Of a stretch of DNA of 64,000 nt, positions 1 through 8,551 are shown in pieces. A program made the translations under genes and the position numbers. The stretch spans positions 64,001 to 128,000 of the forward strand of contig CAWDOY010000009.1 of assembly GCA_963803975.1 (NCBI GenBank), read 5' to 3'. The notes beneath the pieces are model-generated. The model had not been told where the DNA came from. It made no database searches and saw nothing but the letters and a program-made list of their open reading frames with translations. The stretch comes from an uncultured delta proteobacterium (GTDB taxonomy: Bacteria > Desulfobacterota > WTBG01 > CAIYCZ01). Every line of letters begins with the position of its first letter. Within the stretch, counting starts at the first letter, position 1.

Positions 1-245
1 GACTGCCCCATGACCTCAACACGCACACGGAAGCTCTTTTTCTCGATCTCGCGGAGCTTGGGCCCGATTTCCGAGTAATCAATTGGATCATACGGGAGCG
101 TTGCAGCACTTCGTGCAATTGAATTTGAATAGACACCTGAGACTGCCAGAGTGTCATTCGCTGCAAAGACGCTGGTGCATATTGTGGGGATCATTAGCAA
201 AATAACTAAAAACAGATACATGTAAATATTATCCAACTTTTTCAT
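1..245 (-). CDS. Secreted protein, probable M14 zinc carboxypeptidase (N-terminal part, runs off window)
   Basis: Manual translation MKKLDNIYMYLFLVILLMIPTICTSVFAAND...PYDPIDYSEIGPKLREIEKKSFRVRVEVMGQS. Signal peptide, AGGAGG RBS, and a Y-x-E-I...V-E-V-x-G-x-S pattern like the start of the M14 domain. Confidence 0.5.
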   Translation of the reverse strand, partial: MKKLDNIYMYLFLVILLMIPTICTSVFAANDTLAVSGVYSNSIARSAATLPYDPIDYSEIGPKLREIEKKSFRVRVEVMGQ

Positions 246-513
246 ACCCACACCTCCTGTTATGTGACTTTATAAAACTAAAAAACCGGAATTTATAGAG
301 AACTTCCCTTTGGATGAAGAAGAAACGGGGTCTGGTCTTGGATTGTCAGCTATGCTGCGCTTCAACCTTTGTTATTATTTTGCTGACGGTAGTATAGTGA
401 ATTTGCAGGGAGGTACCGGGGTCCTCTCATCCTCTCCTGCCTCGCAAGCCGCACCTTGCAGCAGGAAGATTCACCAACTAAAATTTATGCAATAATGCAA
501 TACTAAAGGCAGC

Positions 514-1248
514 TTATACCTTGCCGCACACCGGGCAGTCGGGAATTTTTTTCTGCGGCAGTTCCATGAACTCCATGGCAGCGCCGTCCCAGATAAGCAT
601 CCTTCCCATGAGATTCGTCCCCACACCGCTCAGGTATTTAATTGCTTCAAGTGCTTCGAGGCAGCCGATAACGCCGGCAGTTGCGCCGACAATGGGAAAC
701 AGGGTCTTGGGCAGGGTGCCCGTGTGCATGCACCAGAGGCAGGGTGTTTCCGGAGGCTTGATGAAGGTGATCTGGCCCCGCATGCCGTACACGCCGGCGT
801 GTATCATGGCAGTTTGGGTCCTGACCGCGTATTTGTTGAGTATCTGGCGGGTTTCAAAGTTATCAAGGCAGTCAACGATGAGATCAACCGTGCCGATGAC
901 TGCCTCAGTATTCGCATCAGTTATTTCCTCAGCGACCGGCTCAACTTTTATTTCGGGATTGAGCCGTGTGAGTGTTTCCTGGGCAGAGAGCGCCTTGTTT
1001 TTGTTAATGCGGGAATCGTCGTGGAGTATCTGGCGGTTGAGGTTGGAAAGTTCCAGGGTGCCGCAGTCAGCGATGCGGATGGTGCCCACACCGGCAACAG
1101 CAAGATACATGGAGAGCGGGCTCCCCAAGCCTCCCGCACCGGCGATAAAAACTTTTGCGTTTTTTACGCGCTGCTGCGCTTCCTCTCCCCACCCGGGGAA
1201 TATCATCTGCCGCTGATAGCGGTTGCGTTCGCTCTCTGATAAGGGCAT
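514..1248 (-). CDS. ThiF/MoeB/HesA family adenylyltransferase
   Basis: RYQRQ, GAGGLGS, SNLNRQILH, DCLDN, PCLWC and CPVC motifs. Confidence 0.93.
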   Translation of the reverse strand: MPLSESERNRYQRQMIFPGWGEEAQQRVKNAKVFIAGAGGLGSPLSMYLAVAGVGTIRIADCGTLELSNLNRQILHDDSRINKNKALSAQETLTRLNPEIKVEPVAEEITDANTEAVIGTVDLIVDCLDNFETRQILNKYAVRTQTAMIHAGVYGMRGQITFIKPPETPCLWCMHTGTLPKTLFPIVGATAGVIGCLEALEAIKYLSGVGTNLMGRMLIWDGAAMEFMELPQKKIPDCPVCGKV

Positions 1249-1255
1249 ACGATAC

Positions 1256-1363
1256 GTTTCAAGTTTAAGGTTTAAAGCTTGAAGTTTAAAGTTTGCAGTT
1301 CAAGGTTTAAGGTTTAATTAATTGTATCTTTGAACCTGAAACATGCAACCCGAAACGTTAACC
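1256..1363. repeat. Inverted array of degenerate 7-nt tandem repeats (GTTTAAG-type)
   Basis: Nine units gtttcaa/gtttaag/gtttaaa/gcttgaa/gtttaaa/gtttgca/gttcaag/gtttaag/gtttaat (1256-1318), then five inverted units tttgaac/ctgaaac/atgcaac/ccgaaac/gttaacc (1329-1363). Confidence 0.9.
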
Positions 1364-1671
1364 GTTCCCCCTCCAATAATCAGGCCGAACCACAACAGGT
1401 CACCATCTTTCAGCTTTGTCTTTAGCCCGTCGGGATAATCCAGCACCCACTGAATACGGCTTTTATTCAGATAGAGGTTGGGGGTCTTGTAGGGCTTGCC
1501 GTCAAGGATGCCCTCTGCGTAAACATGCTGGCCAAATTTAGCGCCATATTTTTTTATGACCTCTTCAATAAAGTCCTCTACCGTTGTTCCTGCCGTGATG
1601 GTAAAGGTCTCCTGTTCCTTATTGGTAATGCTCAGCACAGTGGTAAAATATTTACAGGTTACGGCGGGCAT
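1318..1671 (-). CDS. MoaD/ThiS family ubiquitin-like sulfur carrier
   Basis: Beta-grasp pattern ending GLKTKLKDGD...IIGGG, adjacent to ThiF, AGGT RBS. The C-terminal tail past GGG is uncertain. Confidence 0.8.
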   Translation of the reverse strand: MPAVTCKYFTTVLSITNKEQETFTITAGTTVEDFIEEVIKKYGAKFGQHVYAEGILDGKPYKTPNLYLNKSRIQWVLDYPDGLKTKLKDGDLLWFGLIIGGGTVNVSGCMFQVQRYN

Positions 1672-1913
1672 TGTTTCTACCTCCCAGAATATAGATATAA
1701 ACGCAAGAGCGCATACTTATTATTATACACATTTTCTCTGCATGTCAATTGGCATGTAAGCAGAATGAGCGGTTACGGGAGCATCTCTGCCGGCCATTGA
1801 CACACATGCGGAAAACGCAGCAGAATATAACAAAACAAATTATTGACACGTATTTTTAGTTATGTTACTTGTGAATTCAGTCACTATATAGTATTAATAT
1901 TATATTATAAATC

Positions 1914-2000
1914 TGGTCTTCCGAGCCGCTCACGCATAAGTAGGCGGCCGAAAAGGCTGAGGACAAAAACTTCAGCCCGCCGTGTTTGCGAAGGAAGCCT
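1914..2000 (+). ncRNA. Moco/Wco (molybdenum/tungsten cofactor) riboswitch-like RNA
   Basis: TCCGAGC...TAAG...GAAA...CCGTGTTTGCGAAGGAAG resembles the Moco RNA motif consensus as recalled. Helices cttcc/ggaag, gccgc/gcggc and ggctgagg/cttcagcc. Lies upstream of an AOR operon and overlaps a terminator. Confidence 0.65.
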
Positions 2001-2048
2001 GAAGAGTACAGCTGCATTGTGCAGCTTACTTTTCAGGCTTTTTCTTTT
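1996..2048 (+). terminator. Intrinsic terminator in the AOR leader (expression platform)
   Basis: agcctgaagagta-cagctgc...gcagct-tacttttcaggct followed by ttttctttt. Confidence 0.8.
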
Positions 2049-2181
2049 GGTACTTGGGGGATATTTAAAAAGTTACATGTGAAAGGAGGTGCAGTTTTAT
2101 TGTTTTTGTGGGAAGCCTGCGGGAAGCGGGCTGCAGTAGTTAACCAACATCTGTTACAGTTTTTGAAAAGGGAGAATAATT

Positions 2182-2682
2182 ATGAGTAACGGAAAAGCCC
2201 TGGTATACAACCAGGAAAAATGTACTGGATGCAGAAGCTGCGTCGTCGGCTGTTCTCTCTATCATGATGGCGAGTGCGGGAAAGTGGTTTCCCGGGTTGC
2301 CGTCGTGAGGAACGAGAGATTCGGAGAATCCTTTGTCGTCGGCTGCGACATGTGCACTGACGCGCCCTGCGCAGCAGTGTGCCCAACCGGCGCATGCGCC
2401 ATGGACACGGTCGCAGGCATCACCAAAATAAATGCCGATAAGTGCATCGGCTGCAAGGAATGCGCAATGGCCTGCCCCTTTGGTGTAATCAATATGCACT
2501 ATAAAACCGGAAAGGCTTTCAAGTGTGACCTCTGTGAAGGCCGTGATGCCGGTCCCGTTTGTGCTGACTGGTGCCCGAGCGGCGCAATAACCTATACAAG
2601 CCCCAATATTGCGTTCAAGGCCAAGCGCCGGGTAAAGCTTATGGAACGCTTAGAAGCTGCGAAAGCTGGAGAGGAGGGTTAA
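2182..2682 (+). CDS. 4Fe-4S dicluster ferredoxin-like subunit of AOR
   Basis: CTGCRSC, CDMC..PCAAVCP, CIGCKECAMACP and CDLC..CADWCP motifs; GGAG RBS. Confidence 0.92.
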   Translation: MSNGKALVYNQEKCTGCRSCVVGCSLYHDGECGKVVSRVAVVRNERFGESFVVGCDMCTDAPCAAVCPTGACAMDTVAGITKINADKCIGCKECAMACPFGVINMHYKTGKAFKCDLCEGRDAGPVCADWCPSGAITYTSPNIAFKAKRRVKLMERLEAAKAGEEG

Positions 2683-2686
2683 AACT

Positions 2687-4651
2687 ATGTATGGATGGGC
2701 TGGACAAAGACTACGCGTAGACCTTTCAACGGGAACAATAACCAAAGAGCCTCTCTCCTATGAGTATCGCCGCAAATGGATAGGCGGACGGGGCTTTAAC
2801 TCTGACATCATTTATAATGAAGTACCGGCGAACCTGGATCCGTTTGATCCTAAAGCGCGGGTGTGCTTTGGCGTGGGCCCGGTCAGCGGCACCGCTGCTC
2901 CTTCAACAGGACGCGTGACCGTTACCTGCAAGAGCCCGCTCACCGGCGGATTCGGTGACTCCAACATGGGCGGTCACTGGGGCGCAGAGCTGAAATATGC
3001 CGGCTATGATCAGATTGTCGTTCAGGGCCGGGCAAAACATCCGGTCTATATCTGGGTCGATGATGACAAGGTCGAGATCCGTGATGCACGCCACCTGTGG
3101 GGCAAATTCCCCCGCGAGGCAGACCAGATGATAAAAGAAGAGCTGGGCGACGAGGACATTCACATTGTGCTCATCGGGCCGGCCGGCGAAAACATGGTGC
3201 GGTTTGCCTGCACCTTTAACGATGTGTGGCGCGCTGCAGGAAGAACCGGACACGGCGGCGTCATCGGCTCCAAGAACCTGAAGGGCATTGCGGTCCGTGG
3301 TTCCGGCACCGTTAAAATTGCCAATCCCAAAGCCATGATGGATGTCTGCAACCGGCTGAGACAGACTTTTAAGCCCGACCCCATGAAGATCGGTCTCTAT
3401 GAGTTCGGCAGCCTGTGCCTCATTAACGTTGCCAACCGCGACGGCTGGTTCCCCTGGAGAAATTTTCAGGGCGGCGCACACCCGCTGGCAAACAACATGT
3501 CAGGCGAGACCCATGCCAAGACCGTGCTCAAGCACCGTGAAGGCTGCTTTGCCTGCCCGATCTGCTGCGGCCGATTCACCCACATTAAAGAAGGCAAATG
3601 GGCCGGTGAAGAGTTCGGCGGACCTGAATATGAACATGCAGTTCCGACCGGACCGCGCGTTGGCATAATTGAAGATGCCAATGATATCTGGCACAATGCC
3701 CGCTTAACCAACGACTACGGCATGGACGGTATCGAGACCGGCGGTGTAATATCAGCGGCAATGGAATGGTATGAAAAGGGCCTCATCACCACCAAAGAGA
3801 CCGGCGGACTGGAGCTTGAGTGGGGCAACGCGGAAGTCGTGGATAAGCTTATCCCCATGATTGCAACACGCAAGGGCTTCGGCGCAATCCTCGCCGAAGG
3901 CGCTGACCGGGCTTCTGACAAACTGGGACTCGGTGATAAAGGACACTATTATACCCTCACCACCCGCGGCATGACGCTGCCGGGCGATGACCCGCGCGGC
4001 CTTGGTTTCGGCTACGGGCTCTCTTTTGCAATGGGCACCCGCGGCGGCTGCGACCATCTCCGGTCACTGTGCTGCCTCGAGCTCTCCGGCGCCCTTTATC
4101 CGGGCCTCAACACCAAGATTCTCGGTGATGAGCGGCCCAATAAGCCGGTCACCACGGTAGGAAAACCCTACATGGTCTTCTATGAAGAGAACCAGAAAGC
4201 GACCACAGATTGTCTGCAGGTCTGCTGCTTCACCACCCACTGGTCATATGCGGTTCTCACGCCTGACCAGGTGGAATACCTGAATGCCGTTACCGGGCTT
4301 GACTTCACCGAGGAAGAGTTCCAGGAAATCGGCGAGCGCGTCTACAACCTGGAACGCGCCTACTGGGCACGCCAGATGTCCGGCGCCCGGGAAGACGTTG
4401 TGCCGGAGCGGTTTACCACTGAGCCGATGCCCCAGGGCGTTGACTATCAGACCAATGTCGGCGTTGTGTTCCCCTTAAGCGAAATGCTGAAAAAGTACTA
4501 CAAGTATCGTGAGTATGAGCCCGGAACAGGATTCCCCGGCGAGCGGAAGCTGAAACAGCTCGGCCTTGACTACGTGGCAAAGGATCTTGCCCCGCTGCGC
4601 AGCAAGTACCTGTCTGAGTCTGAGAAGAAAAAGAAAAAATACTACTATTAA
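2687..4651 (+). CDS. Aldehyde:ferredoxin oxidoreductase family (tungsten-type AOR/WOR) catalytic subunit
   Basis: KSPLTGG..DSNMGG, IGPAGEN, RAAGRTG.G...GSKNLK, CFACPICC, GPEYE, GMDGIE, RGGCDHLR. Confidence 0.95.
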   Translation: MYGWAGQRLRVDLSTGTITKEPLSYEYRRKWIGGRGFNSDIIYNEVPANLDPFDPKARVCFGVGPVSGTAAPSTGRVTVTCKSPLTGGFGDSNMGGHWGAELKYAGYDQIVVQGRAKHPVYIWVDDDKVEIRDARHLWGKFPREADQMIKEELGDEDIHIVLIGPAGENMVRFACTFNDVWRAAGRTGHGGVIGSKNLKGIAVRGSGTVKIANPKAMMDVCNRLRQTFKPDPMKIGLYEFGSLCLINVANRDGWFPWRNFQGGAHPLANNMSGETHAKTVLKHREGCFACPICCGRFTHIKEGKWAGEEFGGPEYEHAVPTGPRVGIIEDANDIWHNARLTNDYGMDGIETGGVISAAMEWYEKGLITTKETGGLELEWGNAEVVDKLIPMIATRKGFGAILAEGADRASDKLGLGDKGHYYTLTTRGMTLPGDDPRGLGFGYGLSFAMGTRGGCDHLRSLCCLELSGALYPGLNTKILGDERPNKPVTTVGKPYMVFYEENQKATTDCLQVCCFTTHWSYAVLTPDQVEYLNAVTGLDFTEEEFQEIGERVYNLERAYWARQMSGAREDVVPERFTTEPMPQGVDYQTNVGVVFPLSEMLKKYYKYREYEPGTGFPGERKLKQLGLDYVAKDLAPLRSKYLSESEKKKKKYYY

Positions 4652-4683
4652 TCAGCATTGAGTTGAAGGGAGGTCATGAGAAT

Positions 4684-4926
4684 ATGGCTATTATGACAAA
4701 AGCACAGGCCAAAAATTTCGCCGAGATGGATGACTTCATGCTCGAGCTTTGCGACTTTTTAAAAAGCAAGAGCGTCATCGACGCTACCACCCACCGCAGC
4801 ATCCTGCTGAAAGGCTTTTCCCGAATGGTTGACTGCCTGCAGGAAAAGAAGGTGATTAGCGCCAGGGAAGCCAAAGAGGCTATGGATAAAGGGTTTACCT
4901 CGCTGGTATACGCTTTAGCGAAATAG
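4684..4926 (+). CDS. Small hypothetical protein with an internal two-fold repeat
   Basis: GGAGGT RBS; co-oriented directly after AOR and before a terminator. Confidence 0.7.
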   Translation: MAIMTKAQAKNFAEMDDFMLELCDFLKSKSVIDATTHRSILLKGFSRMVDCLQEKKVISAREAKEAMDKGFTSLVYALAK

Positions 4927-4949
4927 CGCTCCGTTTCGGTAACACGAAC

Positions 4950-5010
4950 AAAAAAAGGCCTGGAACCATTTGTTTACCATATCAGTAACAAAGGTTTCAG
5001 GCCTTTTTTT
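4950..5010. terminator. Intrinsic terminator hairpin
   Basis: aaaaaaaggcctggaacc...ggtttcaggccttttttt. Confidence 0.85.
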
Positions 5011-5033
5011 ATCTTGAAAATCTGCAAGAACTT

Positions 5034-5127
5034 GGTAAAAAAGGTAAAGAGGTAGAAAGGTTAAGAGGTGAAAAGGTGTATTGTTTTTTTATCTGTTAGC
5101 CTCTTGACCTCTTAGCCTTTTTGCCTA
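5034..5127. repeat. Inverted array of degenerate 8-nt repeats (AGGTNAAG-type) upstream of batC
   Basis: aggtaaag/aggtagaa/aggttaag/aggtgaaa, then ttagcctc/ttgacctc/ttagcctt/tttgccta. Confidence 0.85.
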
Positions 5128-5140
5128 TTATTATTAAAGT

Positions 5141-6042
5141 ATGTTTATGCGAAGAGTAATTTTTCTTATTGCCTTGTTTATATATGCTCTGGGGGATGCT
5201 GCGTACTGCGCTTCCCTCTACGATACCGTGAAAAAGGGCAACCGGCTCTACCAGGATGGAAAATTTGACGAGGCGCTCAAGACCTACGTCGATGGCCAGA
5301 TAGAGCATGCTGATGACCTTGCCTTAAAATATAATATAGCCGCCTCCCACTATAAAACAAAAAACTACGACGAGGCAGTGAAAGGGTATCTCGATGTTGC
5401 CGCATCTGCCAAAGATGCAGGGCTGCAGGAAAAGTCTCTCTATAACTGCGGCAATGCCCTGTACCAGCAGGGAAAACTTGAGGAATCCATAGAATATTAC
5501 AAAAAAGCTCTCGGGCTTAATCCTGATGACCAGGACGCCAAGCACAATCTTGAGTTCGTGCAGGAAGAGTTGAAGAAGCGCAAGAGCGAAGCTAAGAAGA
5601 CAGAGCAAAAACAGCAGCAGGAACAACAACAGCAAAAGCAGGACGAAAATAAACAGCAGCAAAACCAGCAGAACGATCAGCAGGGCCAGCAGCAGGAGCA
5701 GAATAACCAGCAGCAACAGGCCCAACAGCAAAGGGAGAAAAAAAGGAGCAAGAGAAAGCAGCTCAGCAGAAACAGCAGCAGGAACAGAAAGAAGAGCAAG
5801 CCCGGGCCGGCGAACAGAAGCCCGAAGAACAAAAGCAGGCGCAGGGCCAGCTGGGCACCGCAGATAAAAAAGAAGGCGAAAAACAAGACGAAGCTCAGGC
5901 AGTGCCGCAGCAGGCACGGCAGATGACCAAAGAAGAAGCTCAGCAGTTGCTCAACAGCATTGAAGAAAACCGGGGCAAGTTTGCCAAAAAGAAAGCGCAG
6001 GAAGAAGCTGCCGGGCAGTACCGGCCGGAAAAGGATTGGTAG
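5141..6042 (+). CDS. batC: BatC-like TPR protein with Gln-rich linker (frameshift near 5740, likely sequencing error)
   Basis: TPRs (YNIAA, YNCGNALY, DAKHNLE), poly-Q linker; second frame ends MTKEEAQQLLNSIEE...EKDW. Confidence 0.75.
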
Positions 6043-6049
6043 TTAAAGA

Positions 6050-6175
6050 AAGGCAAAAGGCACAAAGGCAACAGGCACAAAGTTAATAGTAAAATAATTG
6101 AGAGCAGGCATCGAGGCACAAAGGCATAAGGCACAGAGCGACAAAGGCGCAGGCAAAGATGCAGAAGGCACAAAG
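6050..6175 (+). repeat. Left arm: AGGCACAA-type degenerate tandem repeats
   Basis: About 10 aggca(c/t/a)aa units running up to the ATG at 6176. Confidence 0.9.
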
Positions 6176-6535
6176 ATGAAAACGTTTCGTGATCTTATAG
6201 TTTGGCAAAAAGCCATGCAACTGGTAACGGACACCTATCAGATAACCCTTAATTTTCCTAAAGAGGAGCTTTATGGACTCACCTCTCAAATAAGGCGCTG
6301 CTCCATATCGATTCCCAGTAATATGGCTGAAGGATATGGAAGAAATTCAACAGAGGACTATCTGCGCTTTCTGAAAATATCCCGGGGTTCACTGTATGAA
6401 TTGCAGACCCAGATAGAAATCGCCTTCAATTTACACTATATAAAAAAAGAAGATTTTGATCGAATGAATGAAGCAGGCAGAGAAATTGAGCGCATGGTAA
6501 GCAGCCTGATCATTAAAATCAACCAGGCAAAATAA
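6176..6535 (+). CDS. Four helix bundle protein (23S rRNA IVP-like, PF05635/TIGR02436 type)
   Basis: MKTFRDLIVWQKAM...FPKEELYGLTSQIRRCSISIPSNMAEGYGR...FLKISRGSLYELQTQ is the family signature; 119 aa. Confidence 0.93.
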   Translation: MKTFRDLIVWQKAMQLVTDTYQITLNFPKEELYGLTSQIRRCSISIPSNMAEGYGRNSTEDYLRFLKISRGSLYELQTQIEIAFNLHYIKKEDFDRMNEAGREIERMVSSLIIKINQAK

Positions 6536-6658
6536 CTCTGTGCCTCTGTGCCTGCCACGAGCGGTGAGCCACTCGGCCTTGAGCTCGTGTCCGAAAGGCG
6601 CGTCGAACCGTAGAGGGACCTTATGCTTTGTGCCTTCTGCCTTATGCCTTTGTGCCTC
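6536..6658 (-). repeat. Right arm: inverted TTGTGCCT-type repeats with an embedded REP-like insert
   Basis: 6638-6658 is the exact reverse complement of 6113-6133, and 6626-6640 of 6161-6175. A cggtgagc...gtcgaaccg insert lies at about 6562-6610. Confidence 0.9.
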
Positions 6659-6669
6659 ATAATAAACTT

Positions 6670-8448
6670 ATGAAACAACTATCCGCCTTACTTATCACCA
6701 TTTTTCTTCTGCTCTACGCGGCGCCGGCAGTAATAGCCGCCGAGACTTCCCTCTCCATCTCGCTGGACCGGGACACAGCGACCCTGGCAGACTCTATAAA
6801 TCTTACCATCTCCGTTGAAGGGGCAAGCGGCGAGCCGCAGCTGCCGTCCTCCCCGGCGTTTGAAACAGTACGCCAGGGCAGCTCTTCCCGGATGCAGATA
6901 ATAAACGGGAAGATATCTTCCAGCGTTGATTACAGCTATGCCCTCTACCCGAAGAAGGAAGGGGTTTTCACCATCGGCCCCGCAACCCTTGATAACAACG
7001 GATCCATGCTCACCAGCAACACGGTCAGCATTACCATTCAAAAGGCGGCAGTGAGCGAAAAGCGGAACGAGGATGTGTTTGTGACTGCGGAAGTGGACAA
7101 TCAAAATCCCTATGTGAATGAGCAGATCATCTATACCTTCAAGTTCTATTACCGGGGGAGAGTTGCCAATGCCCGCATGACAGAGTCTCCGTCGTTTGAA
7201 GGGTTCATAGCCGAGCTGTTGGGAAAGGAGCGCGAGTATCAGACCACTATAAATGGCCGGCAGTTTATGGTGACGGAAATAAAGCAGGCGCTGTTCCCCA
7301 TAAAGCCCGGACCCCTGACCATCTCTCCCTCAGCGCTGCAGTGCAGCGTGGCAGTGAGAAGACAGCGCCGGGGCGGGACTTTTAACGACCCGTTCTTTGA
7401 TGATTCTTTCTTCGGCTTTTCCCAGACCGAGTCGAAGATGCTGCGCACCTCACCTCTGGAAGTAACGGTCAGGCCTTTGCCTGAAGAGGGGAAACCGCGG
7501 GATTTTGCCAACCTCGTCGGAGAGTTCAAGGCTGCCGCGGAGATAAGCAAAAAGAAGCTGGAGGCGGGAGAGTCTGCTACCCTCACCCTCACGCTCACCG
7601 GGCAGGGCAACCTGAAAAATTCCCCGGCTCTCAGACTTGAAAATCTGGACGGCTTCAAGGTCTATGATGACAAGCCATCATTCGAGCCGCAGGTTGCGGA
7701 TGGACGCATCGGCGGTAAACTGATCATAAAAAAAGCGCTGGTGCCCTTGAAGGAGGGAACGCTCCAGGTTCCGCCGGTTGCAGTTGCCTATTTTAATCCC
7801 CACTCAGGCGCTTATGAAACAACGCGGACTGAGGCGCAGATTCTGGAAGTTTTACCGGCAAAGGAGAAGGAAAAGCTCCCCATTGCTGAAGCTGAAAAGC
7901 AAGCTGCCGGAAAACAGGAGATTAAAATACTGGGGAAGGATATACTGCCCATTCACACCGCACTGAACGTGCTGTCACCCGAGCCGCTTAATCCTCTCTC
8001 ATGGCCGGCAGCAGCTCTGCTCTTTGTTCCTCTGCTGGGCTTCTCTGCCTGCCTTCTGGTTAAACAGCGCAGGCTTCGATACAGCGACGGCACCGGCCTG
8101 GCCCGCGGCAAAAACGCTCACAAGAATTTCAGTAAAAAACTGACGCTGGTGAAAAAGCTGCATCATCATGACGAGGAAGCCTTTTACCGTAATGCTTCAA
8201 AAGCTTTAAAAGATTTTATCGGCGATAAGCTGAATATTGTCGGCAGCGCTTTGACCGCGGCGGAAATTGAAAGAAGGCTTTCAGCGCTGAACCTTGGAGA
8301 GTCCTGTATCCGGGAATTGAAAAGAATAATAGAGCTGCTGGAGGCAGGACAGTTTGCTTTTCAAAAATATACGCCTGAAGAACGCGAAGCTATGGTTGAC
8401 GCCATGAAGAAAGCGGCCCGGGAGATCGACCGAAAGATTAAACAGTAG
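6670..8448 (+). CDS. batD: BatD family protein
   Basis: Signal peptide, SSSRMQIING, YVNEQIIYT, VRPLP, VGEF, YFNP..GAYE, then a C-terminal TM segment; context between batC and batE. Confidence 0.85.
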   Translation: MKQLSALLITIFLLLYAAPAVIAAETSLSISLDRDTATLADSINLTISVEGASGEPQLPSSPAFETVRQGSSSRMQIINGKISSSVDYSYALYPKKEGVFTIGPATLDNNGSMLTSNTVSITIQKAAVSEKRNEDVFVTAEVDNQNPYVNEQIIYTFKFYYRGRVANARMTESPSFEGFIAELLGKEREYQTTINGRQFMVTEIKQALFPIKPGPLTISPSALQCSVAVRRQRRGGTFNDPFFDDSFFGFSQTESKMLRTSPLEVTVRPLPEEGKPRDFANLVGEFKAAAEISKKKLEAGESATLTLTLTGQGNLKNSPALRLENLDGFKVYDDKPSFEPQVADGRIGGKLIIKKALVPLKEGTLQVPPVAVAYFNPHSGAYETTRTEAQILEVLPAKEKEKLPIAEAEKQAAGKQEIKILGKDILPIHTALNVLSPEPLNPLSWPAAALLFVPLLGFSACLLVKQRRLRYSDGTGLARGKNAHKNFSKKLTLVKKLHHHDEEAFYRNASKALKDFIGDKLNIVGSALTAAEIERRLSALNLGESCIRELKRIIELLEAGQFAFQKYTPEEREAMVDAMKKAAREIDRKIKQ

Positions 8449-8537
8449 GCAAAGAGGTAAAGGGAAGAGGTGAAAAGGTTGATAATTCTCAAACGGTAAC
8501 CTTTTAGCCTTTTGGCCTCTTAACCTATTCACCTTCT
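8447..8537. repeat. Inverted array of 8-nt repeats (AGGTNAAA-type) at the batD/batE junction
   Basis: aggcaaag/aggtaaag/aggtgaaa/aggttga, then taaccttt/tagccttt/tggcctct/taacctat/tcaccttc. Confidence 0.85.
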
Positions 8538-8551
8538 CATTATATCCAACT

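Noticed and set aside
4620..4651. AOR C-terminal KKKKKYYY as a targeting signal
   Set aside because: Lies in an A-rich run prone to indel error; cannot be supported.
5590..5900. CAG-rich repeat as a contingency locus
   Set aside because: Encodes the usual Gln-rich linker of BatC-like proteins.
6176..6535. Diversity-generating retroelement suggested by the Avd-like gene
   Set aside because: No reverse transcriptase and no TR/VR pair differing at adenines was seen in the window.
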